Shown here: positions 9,107 to 18,776 of the stretch, one piece after another | How positions within the stretch are numbered: position 1 is the stretch's first letter | How the letters are laid out: every line of letters starts with the position of its first letter | Virus record (IMG/VR): IMGVR_UViG_3300011335_000701 | Coordinates: 1 to 31,003 of that record | Source: a virus | Taxonomy: Duplodnaviria > Caudoviricetes | Length of the DNA: 31,003 bases | Reading direction: 5' to 3' (one strand) | Notes under the pieces: generated by a model | Told to the model about the DNA's origin: nothing | The model's input: the letters and a program-made list of their open reading frames with translations, nothing else | The model's database searches: none | Position numbers and translations under genes: made by a program

Positions 9107-10185
9107 GTACTTCAGCAGGCGACATTTTCATACGCATTGGTGCGGAGCAGACCGCATTTAATACGGCCATGAAAGAAACTGCTACCGCCGCAGGTACTGG
9201 CGGAGAGCAGGCGGCTAAGGCGTACCAGAGCCGATTTCAAGCGTGGGTAGACCGATCTAAGTCGCAAATTGCCCGTAGTAGCATGGCTGCGCTTTCACCT
9301 TTTGCGCTGGCGGAGACTTTAGCAAACACGCTCACGGCTATGACGGAGCAAGGAATTGTAGCTGGCCTTTCAACGCTAGCCGACTCTGTGCCGTTAGTAG
9401 GAGCCGCGCATAGGCTCGGCTTGGCCTTTGGCAAACCGCTAGCCGATGCCATGTTTCCCGATGTTGCGGAAATGGAAGCCAAGATCCTAGCGGACACGGC
9501 CGCGCTAGAGCGCAAACTGAAAACCTCCGTTGCCAAACTCAATGAAGAAAACGCTGGCCTGTCTTCTATGGCCGCACAGCAGGAAGACGCGGCGGGGCTA
9601 GGCTTTGATGTTCAATCGTTCCAAGCCAAGGCCAGCGGCAATGAGCGCGAGCAGGCTTTTATACAGGCCGCGCGGCGTGAGCATGAGCTACAGGTACAGC
9701 TCGACCAAAAACTAGCAGAGTCACGGAGCGAGGCGGAAACCGACCTGCTAAAGCAGGTGTTTTTCCAAAAGCTCTCGTTAATCGAGGACGAAATGCTCTA
9801 CACCTACGACGAAATCGCAAAGAAAGAGCAGGAAGTCTCTACCAAGAAGACGAAGGACGACGCAGAGGCACAAGCAAAGCGCGAGCAGGAAGCGCGCGAT
9901 TTCATGGACGACGAACTAAACTTTGAAAATGACAAAGCTAACGCACAGGCTGAAGCTCATAAGGAATGGCTGGCAGACTCGGCGGCGGCGGAGAAGTCGC
10001 TAGCGATACTGCAAGACGAGGCGGTAACCTCTGCACAGTCTGGCCTTAGCTCTGCGTCTACCGCGCTCGGCACTTTTACCTTTGATGCCTACCCCTCCAG
10101 CGATAAGCGCGCGAACGATAACCGCATAATTAAGCAGCTTGAAATCATTGCTGGTAAAGGCACTTCGGGCGGAGGATTTTTGTAA
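9103..10185 (+). CDS. Short tape measure protein (360 aa)
   Basis: AGDIFIRIGA N-terminus; Ala/Glu-rich helical; follows the frameshifted chaperone. Confidence 0.75.
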   Translation: MSTSAGDIFIRIGAEQTAFNTAMKETATAAGTGGEQAAKAYQSRFQAWVDRSKSQIARSSMAALSPFALAETLANTLTAMTEQGIVAGLSTLADSVPLVGAAHRLGLAFGKPLADAMFPDVAEMEAKILADTAALERKLKTSVAKLNEENAGLSSMAAQQEDAAGLGFDVQSFQAKASGNEREQAFIQAARREHELQVQLDQKLAESRSEAETDLLKQVFFQKLSLIEDEMLYTYDEIAKKEQEVSTKKTKDDAEAQAKREQEARDFMDDELNFENDKANAQAEAHKEWLADSAAAEKSLAILQDEAVTSAQSGLSSASTALGTFTFDAYPSSDKRANDNRIIKQLEIIAGKGTSGGGFL

Positions 10186-10994
10186 TGGCTATCGAGGTAG
10201 TAGAGCAGCAGGACAGCAAGGGCTATTCGCAAACTGGCGGACAGGTAACGGCCTCTCGGCGGTTTAGTGTTTGGGATGACACTACGCCGATTACAACGCC
10301 TACAACTATCCGCGACTACTTCGGCTCAAGCGGACTGCCAGCCATTGGCGACAGCTTTGGAGCTGGTGCTAGTGACCTGTACGCAGTGTCTTTTACAATT
10401 GACCCGCAGGTACTAACGCGCGGAGCGTGGTCTGTTGTTTTTGGATACTCAACAACGGAAGGCAGCACCGCGCAACCGCAAGAGGTGGGCTATACCGAGT
10501 TTTCGATGGACTACGCGGCAGAGCCTCGGGCAATGTATCGCACCAACCCAAACATACCAACAGACGGTAGCCCCTCTGCTACAACAAACATTGCTGGCAC
10601 AGAAATCGACGCGGCAGGCATACCCGTTTCTCAGCTCATGCGGTTTACCAGCGTAGTAATTAGGGAAACCGTTTTCGCATCGTCAGTAGTTGACCGTTCG
10701 TACACAATCCGCGCAACAAGAGGGAAAAGAAACTCGTTGCCTTTTTATGGCGCGCCACGGGGGCAAGTGCTTTACCTTGGAGCGCGCGCCAGCCGTATCT
10801 CTGTAGACAAGTTTTCTATCGAACACCGTTTCGCGCAGGATGACCAGTTCCATATGATCCAAAACCCTGACCGAGACAGCGAAGGCGTACCGCTTTGTAG
10901 CCGTGTAAACGGAATCCTACGCGCAAGCGTTGTGCGCTTTGTGCAATTGTTCCCGCAGTTCGCAAACTTTAACAAACTATCGGAAAACTTCTAA
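10185..10994 (+). CDS. Putative distal tail / tail-tip protein
   Basis: Directly after the tape measure; TAATG coupling. Confidence 0.55.
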   Translation: MAIEVVEQQDSKGYSQTGGQVTASRRFSVWDDTTPITTPTTIRDYFGSSGLPAIGDSFGAGASDLYAVSFTIDPQVLTRGAWSVVFGYSTTEGSTAQPQEVGYTEFSMDYAAEPRAMYRTNPNIPTDGSPSATTNIAGTEIDAAGIPVSQLMRFTSVVIRETVFASSVVDRSYTIRATRGKRNSLPFYGAPRGQVLYLGARASRISVDKFSIEHRFAQDDQFHMIQNPDRDSEGVPLCSRVNGILRASVVRFVQLFPQFANFNKLSENF

Positions 10995-11356
10995 TGGCTG
11001 ACGAAATTACGCTAAACCTCAAGCTGGCCGTTGATAAGTCTTTTCTGGTGCAAAAGTTTGACTCCTCTACGCAATTAGTAACCATGACGGGGTCAACCGC
11101 TACGGGCGGCGTGCAAACCATTGGCACTACTGCCGAAGTGCTGGTTATGAGTGATGTAACCACCAGCGGCTACGCATACTTCCGCAATACCGACGCGGCC
11201 ATAGCGATAGAGCTAGGAACTGGTACTACTGCCTTCGCTACTTTCCTAAAGCTCAAGGCAGGCGAGGTAGCCGTATGCAGGCTATCTACTAACGCTCCTA
11301 CAGCTCGGGCAGCGTCTACTACGGCAAACCTGCAATACTTTATCCTCCAAGACTAA
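10994..11356 (+). CDS. Putative virion protein (beta-sandwich)
   Basis: Thr-rich; YFRNTD...LKAGE; coupled to upstream gene. Confidence 0.5.
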   Translation: MADEITLNLKLAVDKSFLVQKFDSSTQLVTMTGSTATGGVQTIGTTAEVLVMSDVTTSGYAYFRNTDAAIAIELGTGTTAFATFLKLKAGEVAVCRLSTNAPTARAASTTANLQYFILQD

Positions 11357-11360
11357 CCGC

Positions 11361-12065
11361 ATGACCCTACCCCGTTTCACTGCTGGCGTAGTAGGAAACC
11401 TGTCCTTTGAACACCTCAACGAAGCCTTTGGCTTCATTGACGCGGTGCGAGACAGTGGAGAAGCACCAGCGCAAGGCCTGTACCGAGGCGGTGCAGTCAT
11501 CTGCGCCAAGATCCTAGGCGTAAACGGTGATAACTACTCATGGGAGGAAGTCGAGCGCGTATCGGCAACCGACGCTACATTTCAGACTAAGGTAGGCGGC
11601 AGAAATAGTACGGACGGAGCGGGTAATACCTTTGGTTTTCCTGCGCGTGTGTTTAACCTTGCAATGCCAGCAGTAGGGGAGCTTGCACTGCTGACTAGCA
11701 AGCACTCCGCAGAAGGCAATCGGTACTACATTTCAATTACAGGCAGCAGTAAAAACAACATATGCGCTACGATTGAGTCATCAACGCCAGTAGTAGCAAA
11801 TGTACGGTGGCAGTATGGGATAAAGGAAGCTTGGCCAACCTCGGCGGGCGTGTTTACAGGTACAGGCTCAGTCTTTGTAGCCTTTAACGGCGCAGAGAAC
11901 AGCGCAGATAGCTCAGTCTATGGCGTAGGTATGATTCCACCTACTGGCGCAACTTTAACGCGCCAGCCGATCAAGGTGGGTACGGCTGTGCTGTGTTCCA
12001 AAAACTCAACAGCAGGGGCGATTTATGCCTTTTCTGTTCCGAACGGGTACAAGGTTTTGTGTTAA
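11361..12065 (+). CDS. Putative tail-tip protein
   Basis: Tail module position; beta-rich with YSWEEV. Confidence 0.5.
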   Translation: MTLPRFTAGVVGNLSFEHLNEAFGFIDAVRDSGEAPAQGLYRGGAVICAKILGVNGDNYSWEEVERVSATDATFQTKVGGRNSTDGAGNTFGFPARVFNLAMPAVGELALLTSKHSAEGNRYYISITGSSKNNICATIESSTPVVANVRWQYGIKEAWPTSAGVFTGTGSVFVAFNGAENSADSSVYGVGMIPPTGATLTRQPIKVGTAVLCSKNSTAGAIYAFSVPNGYKVLC

Positions 12066-12424
12066 TGAACTACGAACAGCCTAATCGAGTTACAAAGAGC
12101 GACCGCCCGCGCAGGCGACTAGCCAGCCGTACCTTGCAAACAGGCGGCACAATCCTCTACGAATGCCCAAGCAGCAAATCCGCCGAGCTGCTACACCTTG
12201 TGCTGTGCAACACTCATACAGGAGCGGTAACGGTGCGAGTGCATCACCTGCTACCAAGCGAGGCCGCAGGCGTAAACAACGCCATTTTCTACGACTTGCG
12301 GCTAGAGGCGCAAAGCACCGTAACAGACGATGGCGGCTACACAGTTAACGCTGGCGAGCGAGTCTACGCTAGCGCGTCGGTAGCGTCTGTTGTCTGTGTT
12401 GCGCTGTACGGTACTGAGCTATGA
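12065..12424 (+). CDS. Putative virion protein
   Basis: ATG 12065 coupled by TAATG; LYECP...LCNT...LYGTE pattern. Confidence 0.55.
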   Translation: MNYEQPNRVTKSDRPRRRLASRTLQTGGTILYECPSSKSAELLHLVLCNTHTGAVTVRVHHLLPSEAAGVNNAIFYDLRLEAQSTVTDDGGYTVNAGERVYASASVASVVCVALYGTEL

Positions 12425-13335
12425 GCAGCGAAATAACCGCGCTGTGCTGTTGCGGTGCGCTCGACTGCACAGGCTGGCAAAACTGCCGCCCGTTGTCATT
12501 TCAGATTAGCGGAAACATGGTGAGGCAATTCGGCAGAATCCACACTAACCAAGGCACAGGGTTTCAAATAGAAAAAACCGTAATCACTCTAGTTTTTTCT
12601 GCCACAATGACTAAATATGCAGTTTATCCTTACGGCATGGTTGTTACCGCAGGCAGTTTCAACTATCGCTCGGAAAAAAATACCTACTACTACCACGGGA
12701 CATATCAAGACCCAAACTGTTTTGAGTGCTTGACCCGATACCTCCACCAGAAATATGTGACTACAGGAGCCGCTAATTCGTTGGCTCCGTTCCCTGCTTT
12801 TGGTGGCGCGTCCTTTCCCGCAGGTATCAAATGTTTTCAGCCTTGCGGAGCCGAGCCAGCTATCTTTTCCGTGTTTCAAGCAGGACTAAGCGCGAGTTTT
12901 ACAAACCAGCAGACAACCTACTACGAGTTTGGAAGCCCCTCGGTTTCAACCTTTAGCGGCGTACAGAACTTAGGGCTGACTTTGTCGGGTCTGGCTGGTT
13001 GCCTTACACCCGCGTCCTTTAATCAATACAACCTTACGCTTGACGACAACAACCCCCTATCAATCTGCGCCGAGTTTCCGCCAGAAAATGCGTACAACTG
13101 CTCACCCGCAAGCCTTAATCCAAACGGCATTTTCGTTGATGAGGGATGCGAAAGTACTATCTGTGCTGACGATCACTTTTGTTATCTATCTAGCCCCCCT
13201 AGAGCCTGTGGCTGTGTATCTGTAAGACCTGAGGACGAGTTTGAACCGCCTGACGGCTCAAGAAACAACAACCTAGGCGTACTGGTAGAGAAGAGTTTTA
13301 TTGATATGTACAGCACAGTTACGGCGACACTATGA
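12421..13335 (+). CDS. Cys-rich putative receptor-binding / tail-tip protein
   Basis: N-terminal CCCG and many Cys; looks more AT-rich than the flanks. Confidence 0.5.
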   Translation: MSSEITALCCCGALDCTGWQNCRPLSFQISGNMVRQFGRIHTNQGTGFQIEKTVITLVFSATMTKYAVYPYGMVVTAGSFNYRSEKNTYYYHGTYQDPNCFECLTRYLHQKYVTTGAANSLAPFPAFGGASFPAGIKCFQPCGAEPAIFSVFQAGLSASFTNQQTTYYEFGSPSVSTFSGVQNLGLTLSGLAGCLTPASFNQYNLTLDDNNPLSICAEFPPENAYNCSPASLNPNGIFVDEGCESTICADDHFCYLSSPPRACGCVSVRPEDEFEPPDGSRNNNLGVLVEKSFIDMYSTVTATL

Positions 13336-13592
13336 AAGCCAGCTGTATTTTCGCTCTATCTCTTACGGAATGCGTTCACCCTACAATCGCTGGCGACACT
13401 ACCGCAGAGCGTTGCGCGGTCTGCCAGCACTACGCGGGTAGGCTTCGCGGCCTTGGTGACATTGTGGAGCGAGTGACTAGCGCAACAGGCGTAGCGGCAC
13501 TAGCGGCGGCCGTTGGTTGCGGCGGGTGCGCCGAGAGACGCGCGGCACTCAACGCGGCTGTGCCGTTCACCGATACAGCAAAGAAGGACTAA
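13332..13592 (+). CDS. Small Cys-rich protein
   Basis: CAVC, RGLGDIVERVT and CGGCAERRAALN motifs. Confidence 0.6.
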   Translation: MKASCIFALSLTECVHPTIAGDTTAERCAVCQHYAGRLRGLGDIVERVTSATGVAALAAAVGCGGCAERRAALNAAVPFTDTAKKD

Positions 13593-13596
13593 CCCT

Positions 13597-14976
13597 ATGG
13601 CACTTGACTACGACGGCGCAACCTCTGGACTATTTACGCGCCTTGGCGCAATGATCCAAATGCTAGATACGGTGCGCGCGCATCAGGCAAACCTCAAGAC
13701 CATTTTGGCAACGATCCAAGGCAAGTACAGCGCGGCTGATGCCTACATGATTGCGCCGTTGTCGGCTAGTATCGAAATGCGGCTAGCAGAGACCAGCGGC
13801 ATACTTGCCGACCTCCGCCAAAGTTGCGAGTACACCGTAATTGAAATGTGCTACGCGGAGGCTCTTACCTCTGCGTCTAACGCAATGCGGTCTAAGACTA
13901 TTGGGGACGCGCTGGTATGGCTCATCCGTCAAATGGACATAGACAGCGAGACCGTACTAGGTACAACTGTCAGCAAGTCTGCTCTCTCTGTTGGCAGCGG
14001 CAACAACGGCAACGGCAAGTTTTTGTACCTGTTTACTGCGCCGAATATCCTGCTAAACAGTGTAAATGAATGGCCAAACATCCGTACCGAAATGGTAGAG
14101 GCGCGCTGTATCCAAGACGGACAGGAGGGCGCGCTGTCGCGAGGCTCAGAAGTCTTTGAGATTCGAGGCCAGCCATCCTACGGCGGCCTTGATTACCGCT
14201 TCCCTGCTGGCTCGGGCGCGTCAATGACCATGAAGAGCGCGAGCGCAAGTGTAGACAACGGGGAGCGCGGGCAGAACATCGCGACTAACTCAGACTTTGA
14301 AGACCAGACTAGCAACCTACCTGACTACTGGACTGCGGTTACGGGTGCTGCTGGCACTGAGTACAGCACCGAAACCACAAACATTTTTCGTGGCACAAAG
14401 GCGTTAAAACTCAATGTAACGGGGTCAGTCTTTAAGATTAGGCAGCAGCTCAATAGCTCCGCTGGCTCGCTTGCTAGGCTTGCGCCTGACCGCCCGTACG
14501 CTATCTCGATTGCAATTATGAAGGACGCAGGGGCTACAGGTACGCTCCGTGTCTCAATTCAAGACGCGGCGGGAACGGTGCTAGATAGCGGGCTGTTTAT
14601 CAACTCTAACAGCATTGCGGCTACAACTACTAGCTACGCCATGTACACGGCTACGGTGCGCTCTCCGCGCGTCATTCCAACAGATACCTACCTAGTGCTA
14701 GAGACAACCGTAGCCATTGCTGTAGCGGCGGTCTATGTGGACGAGCTAGTGCTGGTCGAAATGTCTACGATGGCCTCAGGCGGTGCTGCGCTAGCGATTG
14801 TTGCAGGCTCAGCAGATTGGTACGCCGATGACAACGCGCGCTACACCTTCACAAACAACAATGAAGGCGAGTTTGTGCGAGCATTCGACCGCCTATTCGG
14901 TATGTATGAGCGCGGGCTAGCTCTGCCGTCAAACTATGTAGGCGGGCAGACTATCTCTGATGCGCTGATTGCTTGA
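13597..14976 (+). CDS. Virion protein with galactose-binding/CBM-like domain
   Basis: NIATNSDFE...PDYW...GTKALK...YVDELVL resembles a CBM4/9-like jelly roll. Confidence 0.55.
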   Translation: MALDYDGATSGLFTRLGAMIQMLDTVRAHQANLKTILATIQGKYSAADAYMIAPLSASIEMRLAETSGILADLRQSCEYTVIEMCYAEALTSASNAMRSKTIGDALVWLIRQMDIDSETVLGTTVSKSALSVGSGNNGNGKFLYLFTAPNILLNSVNEWPNIRTEMVEARCIQDGQEGALSRGSEVFEIRGQPSYGGLDYRFPAGSGASMTMKSASASVDNGERGQNIATNSDFEDQTSNLPDYWTAVTGAAGTEYSTETTNIFRGTKALKLNVTGSVFKIRQQLNSSAGSLARLAPDRPYAISIAIMKDAGATGTLRVSIQDAAGTVLDSGLFINSNSIAATTTSYAMYTATVRSPRVIPTDTYLVLETTVAIAVAAVYVDELVLVEMSTMASGGAALAIVAGSADWYADDNARYTFTNNNEGEFVRAFDRLFGMYERGLALPSNYVGGQTISDALIA

Positions 14977-15187
14977 TAAGCGCAAGCACCAGCGCGCACC
15001 GCGCTTGAGCCACTAGGAACCGTAGCGAGGCATCGTCGCACAGGTCTACCGCAACGGTGTACAGGTCGACAGAGTTCCAAGATATCTCTACTGCCGAGCT
15101 GCACCGCTGAGCGTTCCGCACGGTTGGCCGACGCTGCAATTCGCGCAGGCACTGGCCTACGAACTGTTGCGCTCGGCGCGACTTCAT
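14951..15187 (-). CDS. Hypothetical protein, the only plausible minus-strand gene
   Basis: 78-aa ATG ORF filling the gap between late and early modules. Confidence 0.4.
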   Translation of the reverse strand: MKSRRAQQFVGQCLRELQRRPTVRNAQRCSSAVEISWNSVDLYTVAVDLCDDASLRFLVAQARCALVLALIKQSAHQR

Positions 15188-15280
15188 TTTAGCAGGTAGA
15201 TTTTTTATGCAAGCACCAAAGGAAGAAAGTCGATAGACTGTCCGCTAGCGGACATGGTGTCTGCTAAGGAGACTATCGAC

Positions 15281-15373
15281 ATGATGCAAGATATTGTAGC
15301 GCAATTGGTTCAATTGGCCGCCGTGGCCGCACCGCTCGCAATTTTTCAAATATGGGGGAATGATGACAACTGA
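15281..15373 (+). CDS. 30-aa hydrophobic peptide (not in ORF track)
   Basis: TAAGGAG RBS; MMQDIVAQLVQLAAVAAPLAIFQIWGNDDN*; overlaps the bet start. Confidence 0.5.
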   Translation: MMQDIVAQLVQLAAVAAPLAIFQIWGNDDN

Positions 15374-16391
15374 CCTAGCTCTAATTCGCTTGGATGCGGA
15401 GAAAATATCGTTGATCGCGCGGACAATCGCCAAGGGCTGCACCCCTGATGAGTTGCAGCTATTCGTAGCAATCGCTGACCGCACAGGCCTTGACCCGTTC
15501 GCTCGGCAGATTTTTGCGGTCAAGCGTTGGGACAGTCGCGAGAACGGCTATGTAATGCAAACGCAGGTATCTATTGATGGCGCGCGGCTCACCGCTCAGA
15601 GGAGCGGAGAGTACGCAGGCCAGACCACTACTACATGGTGCGGAGCCGACGGGGTTTGGTTGGATGTATGGCTTAGTGACTCGCACCCGTTAGCCGCGCG
15701 CGTCGGGGTCTATCGGCGCGGCTTCGCGGAGCCGCTGGTAGCCATTGCGCTATGGCGCGAGTACTGCCCCTGCACAAAGGACGGCAAGCCTACAGGGCAA
15801 TGGCCGAGGATGCCCGCGCTGATGCTGGCAAAATGCGCCGAGTCTCTGGCACTGCGTAAGGCTTTTCCCGCCGAGCTGTCAGGCATTTACACCGCTGAGG
15901 AAATGGAACAGAGCAGCAGGCACGAGCCGCAACCAGTGCCAGCACCCGTACAGGTTCTAGCGATATCTACGCGGTTACCTGTAGAAACCCCTAGAGAAGA
16001 GCAGGCGGTAGCCGTGCCTGTGCCGATTGCGGCAATACCAACAGCGAAGAAAATGACCAAGGCAGAGCGAGCCGCCGATACGCTACGGGTGCTGGCTCCT
16101 GTTGCGGAGCTGGCGGTAGTCGATACCGACGCGCAAGCTAAAAAGGATTGGCCGATGGAAGAGTTTACGCTGCTTGCGAGTACTAGCCCCGCCATTGTTG
16201 TGAACGGCAAAGGTCGAAAAGTTTGGCGCGTCGATCAAGACAATATAGACACTCCGCTAGCTATCCTCGATAGCACAATTGCGGCAAACATCGAAGCAAA
16301 TCAGGCTTTCGGGCTGAAGTCGCGCATCGTTACCGAGCGCGTTGGCGCAAAGCGAGTAGTAGTAGCCATACTTGAGGAGTTGCCGATATGA
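15360..16391 (+). CDS. bet: Phage recombination protein Bet (RecT/Redbeta family ssDNA annealase)
   Basis: GLDPFARQIFAVKR, QVSIDGARLTAQRSG, MLAKCAESLALRKAFP and GIYTAEEM. Confidence 0.93.
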   Translation: MMTTDLALIRLDAEKISLIARTIAKGCTPDELQLFVAIADRTGLDPFARQIFAVKRWDSRENGYVMQTQVSIDGARLTAQRSGEYAGQTTTTWCGADGVWLDVWLSDSHPLAARVGVYRRGFAEPLVAIALWREYCPCTKDGKPTGQWPRMPALMLAKCAESLALRKAFPAELSGIYTAEEMEQSSRHEPQPVPAPVQVLAISTRLPVETPREEQAVAVPVPIAAIPTAKKMTKAERAADTLRVLAPVAELAVVDTDAQAKKDWPMEEFTLLASTSPAIVVNGKGRKVWRVDQDNIDTPLAILDSTIAANIEANQAFGLKSRIVTERVGAKRVVVAILEELPI

Positions 16392-16753
16392 GTTTTCCGC
16401 ACGAAGTAGGCTCGGCTTCAATGCGGAGCCAGCTCGGTATCCGATCAGAAGACCCGAGGATTTTTCGGCCTGTCACTTTGCGCGAAGCCTTGGCCGCTGC
16501 CAAGACTGTAGCGCGTGACGAGTGTATAGATACTTGGATGGCTGGCATCCTGTGCGTTGGATTGCCGTTAGACCTAATGCCGTCGCAACTGACCCCGCGC
16601 AAGCAAGATTTAGCGGCAGCTTTAGGCGTATCAGTTCGCACGGTACGACGCAGGGAAATAGACTGGGAATGCCACCCGCGCCAAGATATTCGTTGGCTGC
16701 TTGTACACCGCGCTTTTCGCTTGATTGTTGCACGGCGAGGAGCCGCGCAGTAA
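16388..16753 (+). CDS. Helix-turn-helix DNA-binding protein
   Basis: KQDLAAALGVSVRTVRR. Confidence 0.7.
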   Translation: MSFPHEVGSASMRSQLGIRSEDPRIFRPVTLREALAAAKTVARDECIDTWMAGILCVGLPLDLMPSQLTPRKQDLAAALGVSVRTVRRREIDWECHPRQDIRWLLVHRAFRLIVARRGAAQ

Positions 16754-16868
16754 GCGAACAAAAAAAGTTTTTTGCAAAATCGGGGGTAGCCCCGCTCTCA
16801 AAAACACTTGATATAATGTCCGTAGTGGAGCGGAGAGAAGAGAGAGAGTAATCGGGTTAAACCCCTTA

Positions 16869-16904
<36 letters not shown>

Positions 16905-16934
16905 CCGCTAGCAAGAGCTAGCAGAGGAGACAAA

Positions 16935-17516
16935 ATGAAACCAGCTGCCCGTATGGATTCGGCCGCGCTTGCCGCGTTTCTTACCCGTGTACATCATTTT
17001 TTTAGGGGACACAATCCGCTAGACGCGGAGCTTCTGCGTCTGGCTCTGCCGCAGATTACCGCGTCTGACCCCGTTGCGGCAAATCAAGCCTTAGACCGCT
17101 ACGCGGTAGCGCACGGCGGCGAGCGCGCTCGGTTCATCCCTAGCTACTTTTTTGCTGCGCTCGATTTAGTGCTAGCCGCGCCAGAGGTTACGCCGTCAGC
17201 ATCGGCGCAGGCCGCGCGCAATCAGGCCGCCCGCACAGTAGAGGCCGTGGCAATTGACGCAGACTGGTCAGCAGTTAGAACGGAGCTGGCGCGCGCGCCT
17301 GCTCATCAACTACAGGAGGCTGTAGCAACGCTTGTACGGCTAGGCTGGCGCGAGCCGCCCCAAGATGTAGCCGAATGGTCTAGAGCTTGGCTGGTGACCT
17401 GTGCAGGCCTTATTCGTGGCGACTTGCCGACACAGATAGACGCTAACGGCAAGCTGGTTGAATCCGATAATGCCGCCGCTTTCTACGCCAGAGTGGGCAG
17501 AATGCTTGCCCGCTGA
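16935..17516 (+). CDS. Hypothetical protein (possibly replication-associated)
   Basis: GAGGAG RBS; follows the origin-like region; function inferred from position only. Confidence 0.55.
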   Translation: MKPAARMDSAALAAFLTRVHHFFRGHNPLDAELLRLALPQITASDPVAANQALDRYAVAHGGERARFIPSYFFAALDLVLAAPEVTPSASAQAARNQAARTVEAVAIDADWSAVRTELARAPAHQLQEAVATLVRLGWREPPQDVAEWSRAWLVTCAGLIRGDLPTQIDANGKLVESDNAAAFYARVGRMLAR

Positions 17517-17520
17517 GATA

Positions 17521-17611
17521 TTCGCGCGAAATCGTAAGATTCGCGCGAATGTGCCTTGACTTTATGCCGATGCAAGCTATCATCGGTGTAACCAAGCGCG
17601 GCAAGAGCCGC
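17521..17611 (+). promoter_or_regulatory. Early promoter unit 1: two TTCGCGCGAA palindromes, TTGACT-N16-TATCAT, AAGA hairpin
   Basis: Palindromes 17521-30 and 17539-50; -35 at 17556-61; -10 at 17578-83; hairpin 17598-611. Confidence 0.75.
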
Positions 17612-17627
17612 AGAAAAGGACAGTGAA

Positions 17628-17879
17628 ATGGTTTCAGAACTTTGGAATAAGGCGTATGAGGCTCGCGAAATCGAAGTGAAGGCTATCGAGGCTCTGGAGG
17701 CCTTGCGCGACAAAATGGACGCGCGCTCAATGGCAAATGCGCGCCCGATGTTGCATGAGAAAATGGGGTTTGAGGTGTTGCACATTGCGGCCGAGGCTGC
17801 AAGCAAAGCGCGCGAGCTGGCTTTTCTTGCCGCTCACCGAGCCGATCCTAAGTTCTTTGAAGCAAAGGCGGGCAAGTAA
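17628..17879 (+). CDS. Small helical hypothetical protein
   Basis: AAGGA RBS; similar to the next gene (WxKxxEARE). Confidence 0.65.
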   Translation: MVSELWNKAYEAREIEVKAIEALEALRDKMDARSMANARPMLHEKMGFEVLHIAAEAASKARELAFLAAHRADPKFFEAKAGK

Positions 17880-18121
17880 TGAAACCAGCTAACCCGTGGC
17901 AAAAAGTGTTTGAAGCGCGCGAGGCCGAACAAAAGGCAGCGGCGGCCGTGCAATCTGAGGCCGTTAAAGCGTTGCAGCGGTTTCCTGTTCGCTCTTTAAC
18001 TTGGTTTCATGCAGCAGAAAAAGCTCATGCCGCCGCAGTAAAGGCAAGCCAGCTCGCACTGCAAGAGGCTTTCAGCGTTACCGTGTTTCCTAATCCCTTT
18101 GCAGCTGAGGAGGCCAAATAA
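17879..18121 (+). CDS. Small helical hypothetical protein, paralog of 17628-17879
   Basis: WQKVFEAREAEQKA; TAATG coupling. Confidence 0.65.
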   Translation: MKPANPWQKVFEAREAEQKAAAAVQSEAVKALQRFPVRSLTWFHAAEKAHAAAVKASQLALQEAFSVTVFPNPFAAEEAK

Positions 18122-18414
18122 TGGAACCGTCTACCCTTACTGCTCTTCTCATTTCACAAATCCAAATCAACCAAGATTACATTGCTAGCCGCATTGTTAA
18201 CAAGCAAATGGAATCCGTGACCGAGAGTATGCTGGCGGTAAACGAAGGCCGCATCCATGCGCTAAGCTTGATTGGCGAGCATACAGAGGCCGCAAGATTG
18301 TTTGCGCGAGGACTGCGCGCAACCTTTGAGGCGCGCGAGTCTGCCCGTCATACTGACAGGATGGCCTCGCTAGCAAAGTATCAAGCTGTTTTAGACGCAA
18401 GGGAGGCTAAATAA
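18121..18414 (+). CDS. Hypothetical protein
   Basis: GGAGG RBS, TAATG coupling. Confidence 0.65.
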   Translation: MEPSTLTALLISQIQINQDYIASRIVNKQMESVTESMLAVNEGRIHALSLIGEHTEAARLFARGLRATFEARESARHTDRMASLAKYQAVLDAREAK

Positions 18415-18776
18415 TGAACCCGTACACCTGCAAAGTTGCCTACCGTTTCAACCTTGAATCAGTGCTAGAGCGTACCGCTAACCTCCCGTGGCCAGCGGAT
18501 GAAATCACTGGCCAATGGCTGGTAGTTGATCATCAAAACTACCACACTTTTCGCGCAAACCTTTACGAATGGCTGTTTCGCTTTAACTGGTGCGGAACAA
18601 CTGCCTATCAGGAAATGCTGGAAATTGTTGCAGCTGATCAGCACCAGTATCGGCGCAGTTTGTGCGATTGGGAGCCGCGCGCTAACAGTACTTACCCGTA
18701 CAACCAGCGCGACCGAGTTGAGGCGCGCAACCTTGAACGGCTTGAGCGCATGAACCGCGCTATAGCTGCCAAGTAA
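18414..18776 (+). CDS. Hypothetical protein
   Basis: GGAGG RBS, TAATG coupling. Confidence 0.65.
   Translation: MNPYTCKVAYRFNLESVLERTANLPWPADEITGQWLVVDHQNYHTFRANLYEWLFRFNWCGTTAYQEMLEIVAADQHQYRRSLCDWEPRANSTYPYNQRDRVEARNLERLERMNRAIAAK

Noticed and set aside
12421-13335. Diversity-generating retroelement target
   Set aside because: No reverse transcriptase and no template/variable repeat pair seen
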